Shown: positions 37,917-49,460 of the stretch, in pieces
How the letters are laid out: each line of letters opens with the position of its first letter
Position numbering within the stretch: position 1 is the stretch's first letter
DNA from: Octopus bimaculoides
Lineage: Eukaryota
Reading direction: 5' to 3'
Length of the DNA stretch: 55,465 nucleotides
Assembly: GCF_001194135.2 (NCBI RefSeq)
Contig: NC_068987.1
Span: forward strand, 60,898,340-60,953,804
Translations under genes and position numbers: made by a program
Notes under the pieces: generated by a model
The model's input: the letters and a program-made list of their open reading frames with translations, nothing else
Database searches by the model: none
Told to the model about the DNA's origin: nothing

Positions 37917-38573
37917 ATATTGTGAAGTATATTTGCCACCTAAATGTGGCTGACCCATAGGGGACGATGCTACTCTTGTTTATAGCACCAGGAAGACATC
38001 TCCTCCATGGCAAACGACACTGTGTTCGGTCAGTATTTGCGAAGGGAAATCAATGATCCCATCGCTAGCCTTACGTAATACACATGGACCTGGATTTCTG
38101 GGTAGTAACCCGTCATCAGCATGTGACAGTCACCTGCTAGGGATGGGTACCAATTCCAAACGCAAAATATTATATGCTTTTGCCAATGACAAACCATTGC
38201 TGATCTCGAAAAAGGAGAAACAAGCAATAATAAATCTCTCAGCGAGATGTAAACAGTAGCAGAATGATATCGTGAAGTATATTTGCCACCTAAATGTGGA
38301 AAAAGCGTATAGTAATTAGCATTTGGAATCAGTTCCCATCCCCAGCTGGTAACTGTCACATGCTGATGACGGGTTACTACCCAGAAACCTGGATCTGTGT
38401 GTATCATGTAAGGCTAGAGATGGGAATGATGATTTCCCATCGCAAATATTGGTCGGTCGCAGACAGTGTGTCATAAGCCAGCTGGAGGAGATGTCTTTCT
38501 GGAGCTATAAACAACAGTAGCATCATCTCCTATGGGTCAGCCACATTTAGGTGGCAAATATACTTCACAATAT
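37917..38573. repeat. Long inverted repeat (arms 37917-38181 and 38301-38573) with an internal 77-bp direct repeat
   Basis: The outer 45 bp of the arms are perfectly complementary and a 36-bp core is perfect; the rest is more diverged. 37873-37949 matches 38223-38299 with 2 mismatches. Confidence 0.93.
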
Positions 38574-39016
38574 ATATGTGTGTGTGTTTGAGTTGGGGAT
38601 GTTAAAACTATATCAATTATGAAAGTAAAATATAAAAACTGATGACTTGATTGATAGTTAAATAGACAGATACATGTAGATCGATAGACAAATACACCGA
38701 CAGGCAGACAAATAGATACACTTATATACACAGAAAGACAGGTAGACAGACACAAACATGCAGATAGATATGTGGGGAGGTAAGTAAACTGAAACACATG
38801 CACACAGTCAGAAACAGATAGGTAGATACACAGATAAGCAGACTGATAGACTTTGAAAAGTAAACAAGGGAAAAGAAATGTTTGTTTGTATTGAAATTCT
38901 TATTTTTACCATTTTGTAATAAGTAAGTTAACTAAATGTTTTTAGTGATCATATTGGGAAACATATATGTATATCTGTGTGTGTGTATTTATAGAGAGAC
39001 AGACAGACATATATAG

Positions 39017-39051
39017 CCCTGTGAGTAGATTTGGTAGTCAGAAACTGGATG

Positions 39052-39117
<66 letters not shown>

Positions 39118-39400
39118 GTACATACACACACACTCACACACACACACACACACTCACACATGTGTAAACACAAATATATACATATATGTGTATGTATTTG
39201 TCCACCACCGCACCTCTTGACAACCAGTGTTGGTTTGTTTACATCCCTGTAACTTAGTGGTTCATTTGCAAAAGAAAAAAAGACTTGATGGGATTAGTAT
39301 CAACTGTAAAAAAAAGGAAGGGAAAGTATTGAGTTCAATCTGTTTGGCCTTCAAGGTTGTGCTCCAGCTTGGCTGCAATCCAGTGCATGAGAGAAGTAAA
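39017..39400 (+). mobile_element. Headless SINE family A with a long TA/CA tract
   Basis: Aligns from ccttgtgagtagatttggtag to the 3' tail. Other family-A halves lie at 9158-9290, 10803-10890, 34965-35110, 43628-43780, 44020-44160, 50930-51140 and 53050-53265. Confidence 0.78.
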
Positions 39401-39944
39401 ATCAATGATGTGATTAAAGCAACTTGATATTTTAATTCTTCAGCTGACCAAATCCTATTGCCTATATAGATTGACCTTATTGACTGCTGTACCCTAATAC
39501 ATTTCAGCCTAAAAATGTTCAACTATTATATTTGTTTTAATATTGTCCAACCCATGCTAGCATGGAAAGCGGACGTTAAACAAACGATATGGTTTGTAAA
39601 ACTAAAGTGGTGAGCTGGCAGAATCATGAGCATGCCGGATAAAATGCTGCTAAGCATTTTGTCTGTCTTTATGTTCTGAGTTCAGATTCTGCCAGGGTCG
39701 ACTTTGCCTTTCACCCTTTTAGGATCAATAAAATAAGTACTAGTTGGGCACTGGGGTCAATGTAATTGACCTACTCCATCCCCTGAACTTGCTGGCCCTA
39801 TATCAGAATTTGAAACTGATATATAATTTGTAAAACTGTATTTTGTAAATATATTTTTGTTTTAACATTTTAAATTTTTTCTTTGTTGTAAAATTTTCAT
39901 TATCATTTTTACAATCTTTTAATTTTCCATTTTGTTATTTTCAG

Positions 39945-40039
39945 CATTGATTTTTTGTTACTTGGTCTATGACTATGGAGAGAAACTACACAGTGCTTCC
40001 TTGAGGAAGGACCCTAAGGATTTTGAAAATGATGAATAA
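39945..40039 (+). CDS. UQCRQ: Cytochrome b-c1 complex subunit 8, last exon (PLIFCYLVYDYGEKLHSASLRKDPKDFENDE*)
   Basis: Acceptor ttttgttattttcag. The phase matches the previous exon (C+CA=Pro). The joined product is 82 aa, with a transmembrane segment and the typical RKxPxxxEND C-terminus. Confidence 0.95.
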
Positions 40040-40071
40040 TGAAATATAAACATTGAAGTTTTACTATTTAG

Positions 40072-40077
40072 AATAAA
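40072..40077 (+). terminator. Probable UQCRQ polyadenylation signal AATAAA
   Basis: AATAAA about 30 nt after the stop, followed by T/GT-rich sequence. Confidence 0.55.
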
Positions 40078-41329
40078 TCCTCTTGTTAAAGTCTTTTTCT
40101 TCTTTCATTTAATGTGACTTTAGTCCTGTATTTGGTATTTTTTATATTTTACAGAAAATTTCCACTACAAGTTCCATCACTAATTATTTTGTTTAGTTGT
40201 TGAAGCCCATTTTATATTGTCCATAGTGAGGTTAAACTGTATGGTTTGTTCATGCATTTTGTCTGTTTTTCCATGCTAGCATGGATCAGACCAATATATT
40301 ATTGAAGCATTCTTTCACAGCTGAATGCTGTTCTTGTCACTAACATTTTCCTGTGTTTCAAGTAAGGGATTCTTTTCGTCTCATCTTTGAAGGCATCAAA
40401 CGCAGCTGAAAATTTGGTGACCATGTCAATTACAACACCACTGCTTGTAGCTTGGCAATTTTTAGAGAAGCACAAATGCAAATACTCTCAGATACATACA
40501 GGCACATATAATAAGCCTTTCTACTACAGAGACAAGGTCTGAAATTGTTGGGGAGGGGATTAGTCGATTACATCAACCCCAGTGTTCAACTGGTACTTAA
40601 TTTATTGACCCCCAAAAGGATGAAAGGCAAAGTCAACCACGGCAGGATTTGAACTCAGAATGTAGCGATGGGCAAAATACCGCTAAGCATTTCATCCAGC
40701 ACGCTAATGATTCTGCCAGCCTGCTGCCTTTACAAGCACATATAATAATTATGTTTGTATACATGTGCATACTTATGTATATACACATGCATACATTTGT
40801 ATATATATATATATATATATATTCTCTGAGTGGTTGGCGTTAGGAAGGGCATCCAGCTGTAGAAACTCTGCCAAATCAGATTGGAGCCTGGTGTANNNNN
40901 NNNNNTATTCTCTGAGTGGTTGGCGTTAGGAAGGGCATCCAGCTGTAGAAACTCTGCCAAATCAGATTGGAGCCTGGTGTAGCCATCTAGTTTCACCAGT
41001 CCTCAGTCAAATCGTCCAACCCATACTAGCATGGAAAGCGGACGTTAAACGATGATGATGATGATGATGATATGCATGCATACATGTGTGCACATACATG
41101 TATACATATGTATGAAAGGAATGACAAATTCAATGAAAAAAATTGAATGGATAGAATTAGATTAGGGATACTTCAAGCATGCTGAACAAGAGCTTTATGA
41201 AATCAGTGGTGAAGTACTAGAAACCTTTAATACTGGAACCCCCCCCAAAAAAAAAAAAACAAAGCAATCTGGAAATTCCCCAGGCCTAGCTCTTATTACA
41301 GATTATTGGTTCAAAATCTCAACTTTTAT

Positions 41330-42790
41330 CTGAGATTTAAATGCAATGTATGTAATGAGTATCAAGGGAATGTTAAGCATATCTGTCAACCTTCTCATCC
41401 TTAAAAATAACCAAACCATTGCAAAAAATTACCACCCAGTAGCTTGCCAAAACAACATGTATAAGATGTACACTGAGTGCTTCAGCCTGTACCACCAACT
41501 GTGAACAATGGTGGGGAAAGAAGGGAGTGTGGGGCTGTATCGAACATCTACTAATTCATAAAATGATACAACAAAGAGCGGCAGAAATGTGACTGGTGTC
41601 ATTAGACTACCAGAAAGCTTTTGATAACATACTACATAGGCAGATTATGAAAGCCCTGCAATTAGCCAAAGTTTCACTACTCTTAACTACCTTCTACCAA
41701 AACCTGGTACACCTCCCTACTTAAAGGCAACAATGAACATACCAAATCTGACACCATACATTACCAAAAAGGCACCCTTCAAGGTGATTGCTTGTCAGTA
41801 CTGCACTTTGTTCTCATTAAATCCCCTATCACATCTGATCACAAAAACATTGTTATAGGAATGAGTCCAGTAATATCTCTCACCTTTTCTTTGTTGATGT
41901 CATGAAGCTGTATGTTGCCAAGTATTAACTACATCAAAAAACAACTGGTTTCTAAAGACTTTGGAATAAAATATGGTGAGTCCCAATGTGCATTTTTGCT
42001 GGTAAAACATGGTAAACATGCTTTACTCCAAGAAATTAAACATGAATAACCTCAATATACAATGTTTATTTTCTGGTGAAAGCTACAAAAGAGCTAAAAA
42101 AAAATTTGGTCTTCTGAACTTTCAGCTTACAAGAAGAATATTGTCCAAAACAACTTTTCAATGCCTTCCCTCCTGTCCACAGACGACCTAAACTGATCAC
42201 TGCAAGGGCTCAATGAGACATACATACAAATTCACAAGCTGTTTAGTGTTACTGAAAAATTCAACATGAGTAGAGTTGCAGACAGGCTATTCTTCCCATG
42301 CAGTGATGATTGCTGTGTTAAATATGTATGAAGGCATGAAATGAAGCAGAAAAAAAGGGGCTTGTAACATCTTGCTCAAGTTTGCCAGCAGAAAAAGACA
42401 TATTTGAATAGCTAATGAAAAGGGAGTTGATCCTGATCTTTCCTTGTGAAACATTGGTAAATTCTATTAAACAGAAAGAAAAAAGGTGTGGGGGGGGGAA
42501 CACATTCACTGTGAAAGATCTGCAGGGTACTTGGTATGAAAGACCCAACCATAGAGGAAATAAAACATGACAAAAGCTTGGCATAGGGTATCAATAAGTT
42601 TATGACATTCCACTTTGAAGACTTTCCATGCAATTTGAAAACAAGAGATCCCCAATAAGTACTAACAGCATAAAAGACAGAAAACATTAAAGAAACAAAT
42701 AAAGGGTGTGCAAAACTAAAACTGTTGACATCAGCATTATTGCCAACTGTAGAAGAATGTCTTAGATATTATCTCCTTGTGATGCTGTAG
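41330..42790 (+). mobile_element. Decayed RLE-type (R4/Dong-like) non-LTR retrotransposon RT fragment
   Basis: YHPVACQNNMY, GKKGVWGCIEHLLI, LDYQKAFDNI, HLFFVDVMKLY and SKDFGIKYGESQCA. Boundaries approximate. Confidence 0.75.
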
Positions 42791-45425
42791 TCAGAACAGT
42801 TTAGAACAAAATAAGGAAAGTAAATACCAGCAGAAAAAGATAAGCAATGAATCAAACAAAGACTGGCATTTGGTCAGTTATGACAAGGGTTCCAGTTGAT
42901 CTGATCAATGGAACAGCCTGCTCATGAAATTAATGCATAAGTGGTTGAGCACTCCAGAAACACACATACTCTTAGCATAGTTCTCAGGAATATTCAGAAT
43001 GTGACAAAGGTGGCCCTTTAAATTACAGGTACTACTCATATTTTCCAGCTGGAGTAATGTGAAATAGTGTTTAACTCAAGGATTCAATTAACCACCAGGT
43101 ATCAAACTCATGGCCTTAAGATCATGAGTTGACTACACTAACCACTAAGCTATGTGCCTTTATTACCAATGGTTAAAAGAAACTTAAAACAATTGGCCAG
43201 ATATTCTTGGGAGCAGTGCACATGAAAAAAAAAAGCCATGTCTGTTGTAGAATTCAGCTGCCCTCTTAATATCAGTTTGGTTAGAAAAATTCAAGACTAA
43301 AAGAATGTCTATGGGCCATTGACAAAGAGTTTGCAAATCCAGTACCCAAGTTACACATTCAGTTTCATACTTATTATTGGAGCAATAGGGTATGTACCAA
43401 ACTATCTGGAACAAAGTATGGCATAACTTCGGTTCTTAGGAAAGGATTACAATTCCTTAATTCATACATTATAAATGATAATGTTGTCTAGGACAATCAA
43501 AGTCTGCAAGATTCACAGGATGATAAGCAAAACAAGACGTTTTTCTTTCTGAAACTTGCTATCAAGCAGGTTGTCAGTCAAAATTAAATCCAATTAAAAA
43601 GAGAAAATGAAAAGCAAGCATAAATATGGCAGGCTTGTTTCAGTTTCCCTCTTCCAAATCTGCTCACAAGGCTTTGGTTGGCCTGGGGCTAATAGTAGTT
43701 AATACTTGTCCAAGGGGTCACATAGTGGGATTGGAACTGGAACTATATGGTCGGGAAGTGAATTTCTTAATTACACAGCATTTCTTGTATTTATGACTCT
43801 TTTAGCATAAGACTTTAGTGACAGGCAGGAAAGACACTCTTACAATATGAACTAAGTAGAATCTTTCTAAGTTGTTATTTATAGTTGATAGAACATTGCT
43901 CTCACAGCACTATGGTTCTATCACATAGAAGTAAATACATAAAATAGGTGTAATTCACAGCTGTAAACAGCTGAACTGTAAAGAACTGTTCTTTTTTGTT
44001 TCTTATTTTATAGTTATGGTTCTGTAGTTAAGAAGTTTACTAAACTAAAATCACATGGTTCCCACTGCAAGACACCTTGAACAAATGAATTCTGCCATTG
44101 CTTTTGGTTAACTGAGGCCTTGTGAGTCAAAATGTCAAAACAGAAACTATGTGTGTGTAAAGAAAATTGGACCCTCCCCACCACAAAAAAAAAACCATAA
44201 CCTTAAAAAGACCTCGACATATTTGCTCTGCACTGAGTTACAGGGCACTTCCTTGCTATTCTAATCATCAGAAATTCAGTGAATGACCCATAGATGTCTT
44301 GTAGCCAATGACAGTGGATGTAAAATAAAGCCACACAATCAGATTTGTAGACTCCGGTGAATGAAATTCATCCTTAATTTATTACTAATAAAAAAAAATG
44401 AACTTCAGTAGTAGTTCAATTCCTTATTTAGTAAAGAATATAAAGAATTAATTTATTTTCTAATGTTGACACTTTATAAGCAGTGTATAGCGGTTGGACT
44501 GTTGTTACGTGTGAAAACTGCATTATACTTTAGAGTTATCTCCCTTGAATTATTCGTGCTGCTGTAATGTTTATTGTCAAAGCCTCTTATCTGATGAACT
44601 TTTACTTACCGACATGGAATTATGAATGCGTTTAATTTACAACAGTTTGACGAAATATTCTTTTAGCTGATGGAGGAAGACATTTTAAAGATTTTTATTT
44701 ATTACAAATTTACAATGAGGAAGAATTTCAGCATGGCCACTTGACCTGCTAGGAATAATATCCAAATGACACCCAACTTTCTTAAAATTAGTAAAGACAT
44801 CAGACAATGTAGATTTAGATAAGTCTGAAAAAAGAACGAGCGGGATGGTCACAGCTGGTATGCTTGTCATCATAGGGCTGGCTTGAGGTCGACTCTTTGA
44901 ACAGTAACTTGCCTAAAACTGCTTGTATTGCAATGTTAAAAATTAAATATCAATACTAATCTTGAACTGAAGATTTCAGTATGACATGACAGATATTATA
45001 ATATTTCAAGAGGTAAACTGTTGTCGTTTATTAAGTTGAAGATTGTTTCATTTGATTTTCTAATTCTTGATAATTTTGAAAATTAACATACAAAGTCAGT
45101 AGATACTTATAAGAAATATATGGTCACTTACTTTGAGAAAGGCATGAAAAATGCAAGTTCTTTCCCCTATTGTCCTTGAAATCAAGGCTAATACTGCTAG
45201 TCATGAAAATGGAATTTCCACTGTAGTTAATGACATCAGATATTCAGTGGATAAAATATACTGTGAGCATTATGTTTTTCAAAGAGTTAGTAGATGTTCC
45301 TACATCTTATTGCACATCACCAAATCAGATTTTTTTTTTTTAATAAAACCAGACTGCATATATACAGGAGAAAAGTACGATAGTGATTTGTAGAAACGTC
45401 ACATCCGATACATGATATTGATAAG

Positions 45426-45661
45426 CAGAGCCGACGCTAGGCAGAACGGGAACAAATTAAAGAATTGTCAGTGGGGCCCTCTACTCTACAAAAGCTGAAG
45501 ATTAGTGTTTTATACTTTGTGTAGAGCACCAGTCTCAGTCAAAAAGTGTTGAGGGCTTGAAGCGCCACCGTTAGCAACAATGATATACAAAAATGTCCTC
45601 TGCTCGAGCATGTGCGTGGGGCCCAATTTGAATCTGTCTGATCGGCTTAAAACCGGCTCTG
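45426..45661. mobile_element. hAT-type MITE (236 bp)
   Basis: TIR CAGAGCCG/CGGCTCTG with an 8-bp TSD TTGATAAG/TTGATAAA (7/8 match). Confidence 0.8.
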
Positions 45662-46098
45662 TTGATAAATACGAAAGTTAGAGTGAAGATAAGTCTGCAG
45701 TAACGATCAATTCGTTAGTTCTGTTACTATCACTTCTTAGAAGATTAAAAGGTGTGAATCGGTTTCAACCATGAATTGAAACCCATTTTCATAATTTACT
45801 TTCCGAACACTTGCTTCATGTATATAATTTACTATAAATTATATTCATGTGTGTGTGTGTTGTTTCCTTTTAGTTAGGTACAAAAGTGACAGTATGATGT
45901 TCATGGCTTTCTCTATATGAATGATGTATCACTCAGTACAGAATAAATAAAAATATTGATGTAATTGTTTGGTAAGAAAAAGATATTTTAAAAGTTATAT
46001 AATAAATGTCTTAAATGTGAATATTTCAGAGAGAGAGAGAGGGGGGGGGGAAGAAAAGAGAGAGAAAGAAAGAGAGAGAGAGAGCTAGCTAATAGTGG

Positions 46099-46317
46099 TT
46101 AGTAGAAATGCCACATCCAGTAGATAATATTGATAAATATGAAAGCTACAGGGAAGATAATTTTGCAGTAATGATCAGCTTTGTTAATTTTTTTACCATC
46201 GTTTTTATTGTCAGCAGCAGCAGTTATTTTGTATTTATCAACATCTCTTTCTGTAACCATTCTGTTTGAAAAGCTATCTTCTTTGTTACTCGCGTTTGCA
46301 TATTCACTCATTGACAA
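46099..46317 (-). CDS. Cys-loop ligand-gated ion channel, terminal exon (intracellular loop end + M4)
   Basis: KINKADHYCKIIFPVAFIFINIIYW matches the M4 consensus ID.ySR..FP..F..FN.fYW. Acceptor ttttttttttattccag, phase 0, ends in a stop codon. Confidence 0.93.
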   Translation of the reverse strand: MSMSEYANASNKEDSFSNRMVTERDVDKYKITAAADNKNDGKKINKADHYCKIIFPVAFIFINIIYWMWHFY

Positions 46318-47336
46318 CTGGAATAAAAAAAAATAAGAAGTAAAAAAGAATTAAAAACTTATAAATATATCCTTTGGTATTGGTTTAGACATTGAAATGT
46401 TTGCTAGAAGGTGAAGGTACAACAATTTGGATTGTGATTGGTTGTTGAGTTTAGAGACAACCAAACTTATGGCCCTTGGTCAGATTTTGTCCACCACATT
46501 TATTGGATATGTGATTGTTTTCCATGTCTCTTTTTGGCAGACAAAATTCAGTATCAAAATATATGTTTCACTTTTAGTGACACCAAATTAATTGATAGTC
46601 GTCGTCATCATCATCATCATCATCATCATTGTATCCCCCTCCTCTTCCCACCCCCCTCACTTCTACCGTATTCTCTTTCCACTATAATCACATGATATTA
46701 TATATTCCTCTCAGGACTGACGGTTTCCATAGATAACTCGTCCTTTCTATCAATATATTTGCCTCTCCATTTACTGATCCTTGTAATATCAAACTCATTT
46801 TCAACAAACAGAACAAATCAAATTAGAACATGAAACTGTATCTCTCTAATTTTTATATATTTAAAAAAAAAATATTTTTGTGATTTTTATTTTCTTAATT
46901 AAAGAGCACAAAGAATGCGTGTCCTGGACACCTAGGCAGACTCTGGAGGGAACAACTGTTAACAATATGGAACAGAGAGTGTAATGACAGTTGCTTCTGA
47001 TAGGATGACAAGGAAGAGATACTTCCATAACTTTCCCGGGAATAGTAAACAGAGAAAATGGATGGTTGAATGGATAGAACTACTATTTAGCATTCAGATT
47101 ACTCTGCCAAATGTAATGCTCATTTATTCACGTTGTTTTGAATTAATCAGGCGTTATCTTGTAGCTTCGAGATTCTGATAATGAGACTGCTTCTTAGAAT
47201 AACTTTGCAGGGCAGTTATAAGGGGCCTAACCTGGCTAATTTTAACATAAAACGGATAGAATAGTTTGGGCCAGATATAGTCGGTTTAAATGCTAAAGAG
47301 TTACAAATCAAAATTTAGATTCAAATTTTTACTTAC

Positions 47337-47701
47337 TGAATCATGTGATGTTTGGTTGTTAGTAGTTTTTAATTTTGCATTGGAAGTTCTTGAATGGTTA
47401 AGCAAAATGAATTCGATTAAGGCTGAGAAGACGAAGATGAGACATATAATAAGCCATATATCAATTCCAAGCATTCCTGTTGCAAAATAGTGTTTTGCTG
47501 GATGTAGGCTGGAGTTATGAGTTATAAGAGTGAGTAAGGTGATCAAACCGAGGGACATACGGGCTGCAGTGCTTTCAGAGTCAATCCAAAATGACAAACC
47601 ACCAACAACCACTAAGACAGTGCTGGTAAAGTAGATTGCCAAGATTTGTAAATTGAATTTCCTTTCTAAATGCAAACAGGCTTCAATCTGGGACCAATTC
47701 T
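47337..47701 (-). CDS. Cys-loop ligand-gated ion channel, M1-M2-M3 exon
   Basis: Translation NWSQIEACLHLERK...LSFWIDSESTAARMSLGLITLLTL...GIDIWLIICLIFVFSALIEF aligns by eye to GlyR (IEARFHLER, SFWI, ARVGLGITTVLT, IDIW..C..FVFSALLEY). Acceptor tttttcag, donor TCA|gtaagt. 365 nt; the phases fit both neighbouring exons. Confidence 0.95.
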
Positions 47702-47732
47702 CTGAAAAATGACATAAGTATATATATATTTG

Positions 47733-47771
<39 letters not shown>

Positions 47772-48289
47772 NNNNNNNNNNNNNNNNNNNNNNNNNNNNN
47801 NNNNNNNNNNNNNNNNNNNNNNNNNNNNNNNNNNNNNNNNNNNNNNNNNNNNNNNNNNNNNNNNNNNNNNNNNNNNNNNNNNNNNNNNNNNNNNNNNNNN
47901 NNNNNNNNNNNNNNNNNNNNNNNNNNNNNNNNNNNNNNNNNNNNNNNNNNNNNNNNNNNNNNNNNNNNNNNNNNNNNNNNNNNNNNNNNNNNNNNNNNNN
48001 NNNNNNNNNNNNNNNNNNNNNNNNNNNNNNNNNNNNNNNNNNNNNNNNNNNNNNNNNNNNNNNNNNNNNNNNNNNNNNNNNNNNNNNNNNNNNNNNNNNN
48101 NNNNNNNNNNNNNNNNNNNNNNNNNNNNNNNNNNNNNNNNNNNNNNNNNNNNNNNNNNNNNNNNNNNNNNNNNNNNNNNNNNNNNNNNNNNNNNNNNNNN
48201 NNNNNNNNNNNNNNNNNNNNNNNNNNNNNNNNNNNNNNNNNNNNNNNNNNNNNNNNNNNNNNNNNNNNNNNNNNNNNNNNNNNNNNNNN
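47772..48289. other. Assembly gap (other gaps: 6010-6182, 32605-32943, 40896-40905, 53522-54144)
   Basis: Runs of N, mostly abutting (TA)n tracts. Confidence 0.99.
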
Positions 48290-49068
48290 ATGTTGTTTTC
48301 ACTGTCCATTTTTTCCTGTCTTGGTTTGTGTTTGCCACCTTGGAATCCTCTGTGTAGTGGGTTGATCCACTACTCAGGAAGAGACTATTCTAGAGTACGT
48401 TCTGTCTTGTCTTCGAAACGTCTAGATAGAATAGAGACAGCTGATGAAGGGATATTCCAAGTGGCTTTCCGTTTTCCTATGTGTTCGTTCCGTTGTCTGT
48501 AGTTTATTGTTCTAACGTCCTGTACCCTGATATGCATGTATATACACATGTAGATGTAAGTATGTACATATATGTGTGTATACATGTATATATATTCTTT
48601 GTATTATATATATATATATATATATTATAATATATTATTATTGATATCAGGAAATCAATATTAGAAAATTCATCAGAAAGATATATACATGTGTAGAGTA
48701 ATTGTAGTATTAAAACTATATGTAAATATGTATAAGTACAAATATATAATATGAAATAATAAATATATCAGTTTAAAAATTTTGAATTAGGTTTTAAATT
48801 ATCTTATGGTCGTTTCACAAAATCGCTGTCCTAATAATGAAATCCTATATTGATAAGCATTTATAGACAACTCTTCTGCTCTTCAGAGATATAAAATTTA
48901 GAATTTGTATAATTTATTGAATGGTATTTTTTTAAAGATATGAAGTAATATTATAAAAGGTGTTTGTTTGAAATATAAATCAAATATTAAGAATTAAAAG
49001 TTACTGCTTTGCATTTTGGTAAGTACACTTTAGTATAAGACTTTACTCCATGTTTTCTTCTTTGGTCA

Positions 49069-49116
49069 GATGTAGGCTGGAGTTATGAGTTATAAGAGTG
49101 AGTAAGGTGATCAAAC
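49069..49116. repeat. Exact 48-bp duplicate of channel exon sequence 47501-47548 (M2 helix codons)
   Basis: gatgtaggctggagttatgagttataagagtgagtaaggtgatcaaac is identical at both positions, in the same orientation. Confidence 0.95.
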
Positions 49117-49460
49117 TATTATGGATTATTACTGAAGACCAACCAAAGAAGAAAATATGTAGAGGTCAGCTGCTCAGCGGATGTGAGTGTACAATAAAAA
49201 AAGTCCAGGAAAAAGAATGCATTTATGACGAATTAATGCGGAACTTACAGCCCTTGTACCCTAATTATACGTTCTCATTTGTAGCCATCATCATACATGC
49301 ACTAGATTATGTGCCTACAAAGTTATACCAAGCCCTAGAAATATCAGGTTTTTCAAAGAAAGAGTAATAGAAACTGATGCAGATTCTTCGAATCCAAACT
49401 ATTAGTGGCACAGTGAAGATTTATAAGACATTCCAAGTATTTTTCGTCTGAGATACTTTT
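49117..49460 (+). mobile_element. 5'-truncated RLE-type LINE 3' end (restriction-like endonuclease) in the channel-gene intron
   Basis: VEVSCSADVS, KKVQEKECIYDELMRNLQPLYP and IQTISGTVKIYKTF resemble the D-(E)xK endonuclease C-terminus of R2-superfamily elements. Confidence 0.75.

Noticed and set aside
40820-40981. 76-bp tandem duplication either side of a 10-N gap
   Set aside because: This is the typical unmerged contig overlap, so most likely an assembly artefact.
47683-48365. Long ORFs of 125-345 aa spanning N runs (also 32576-33033 and 53466-54167)
   Set aside because: Their length is produced by X codons; only 47337-47701 is real coding sequence.
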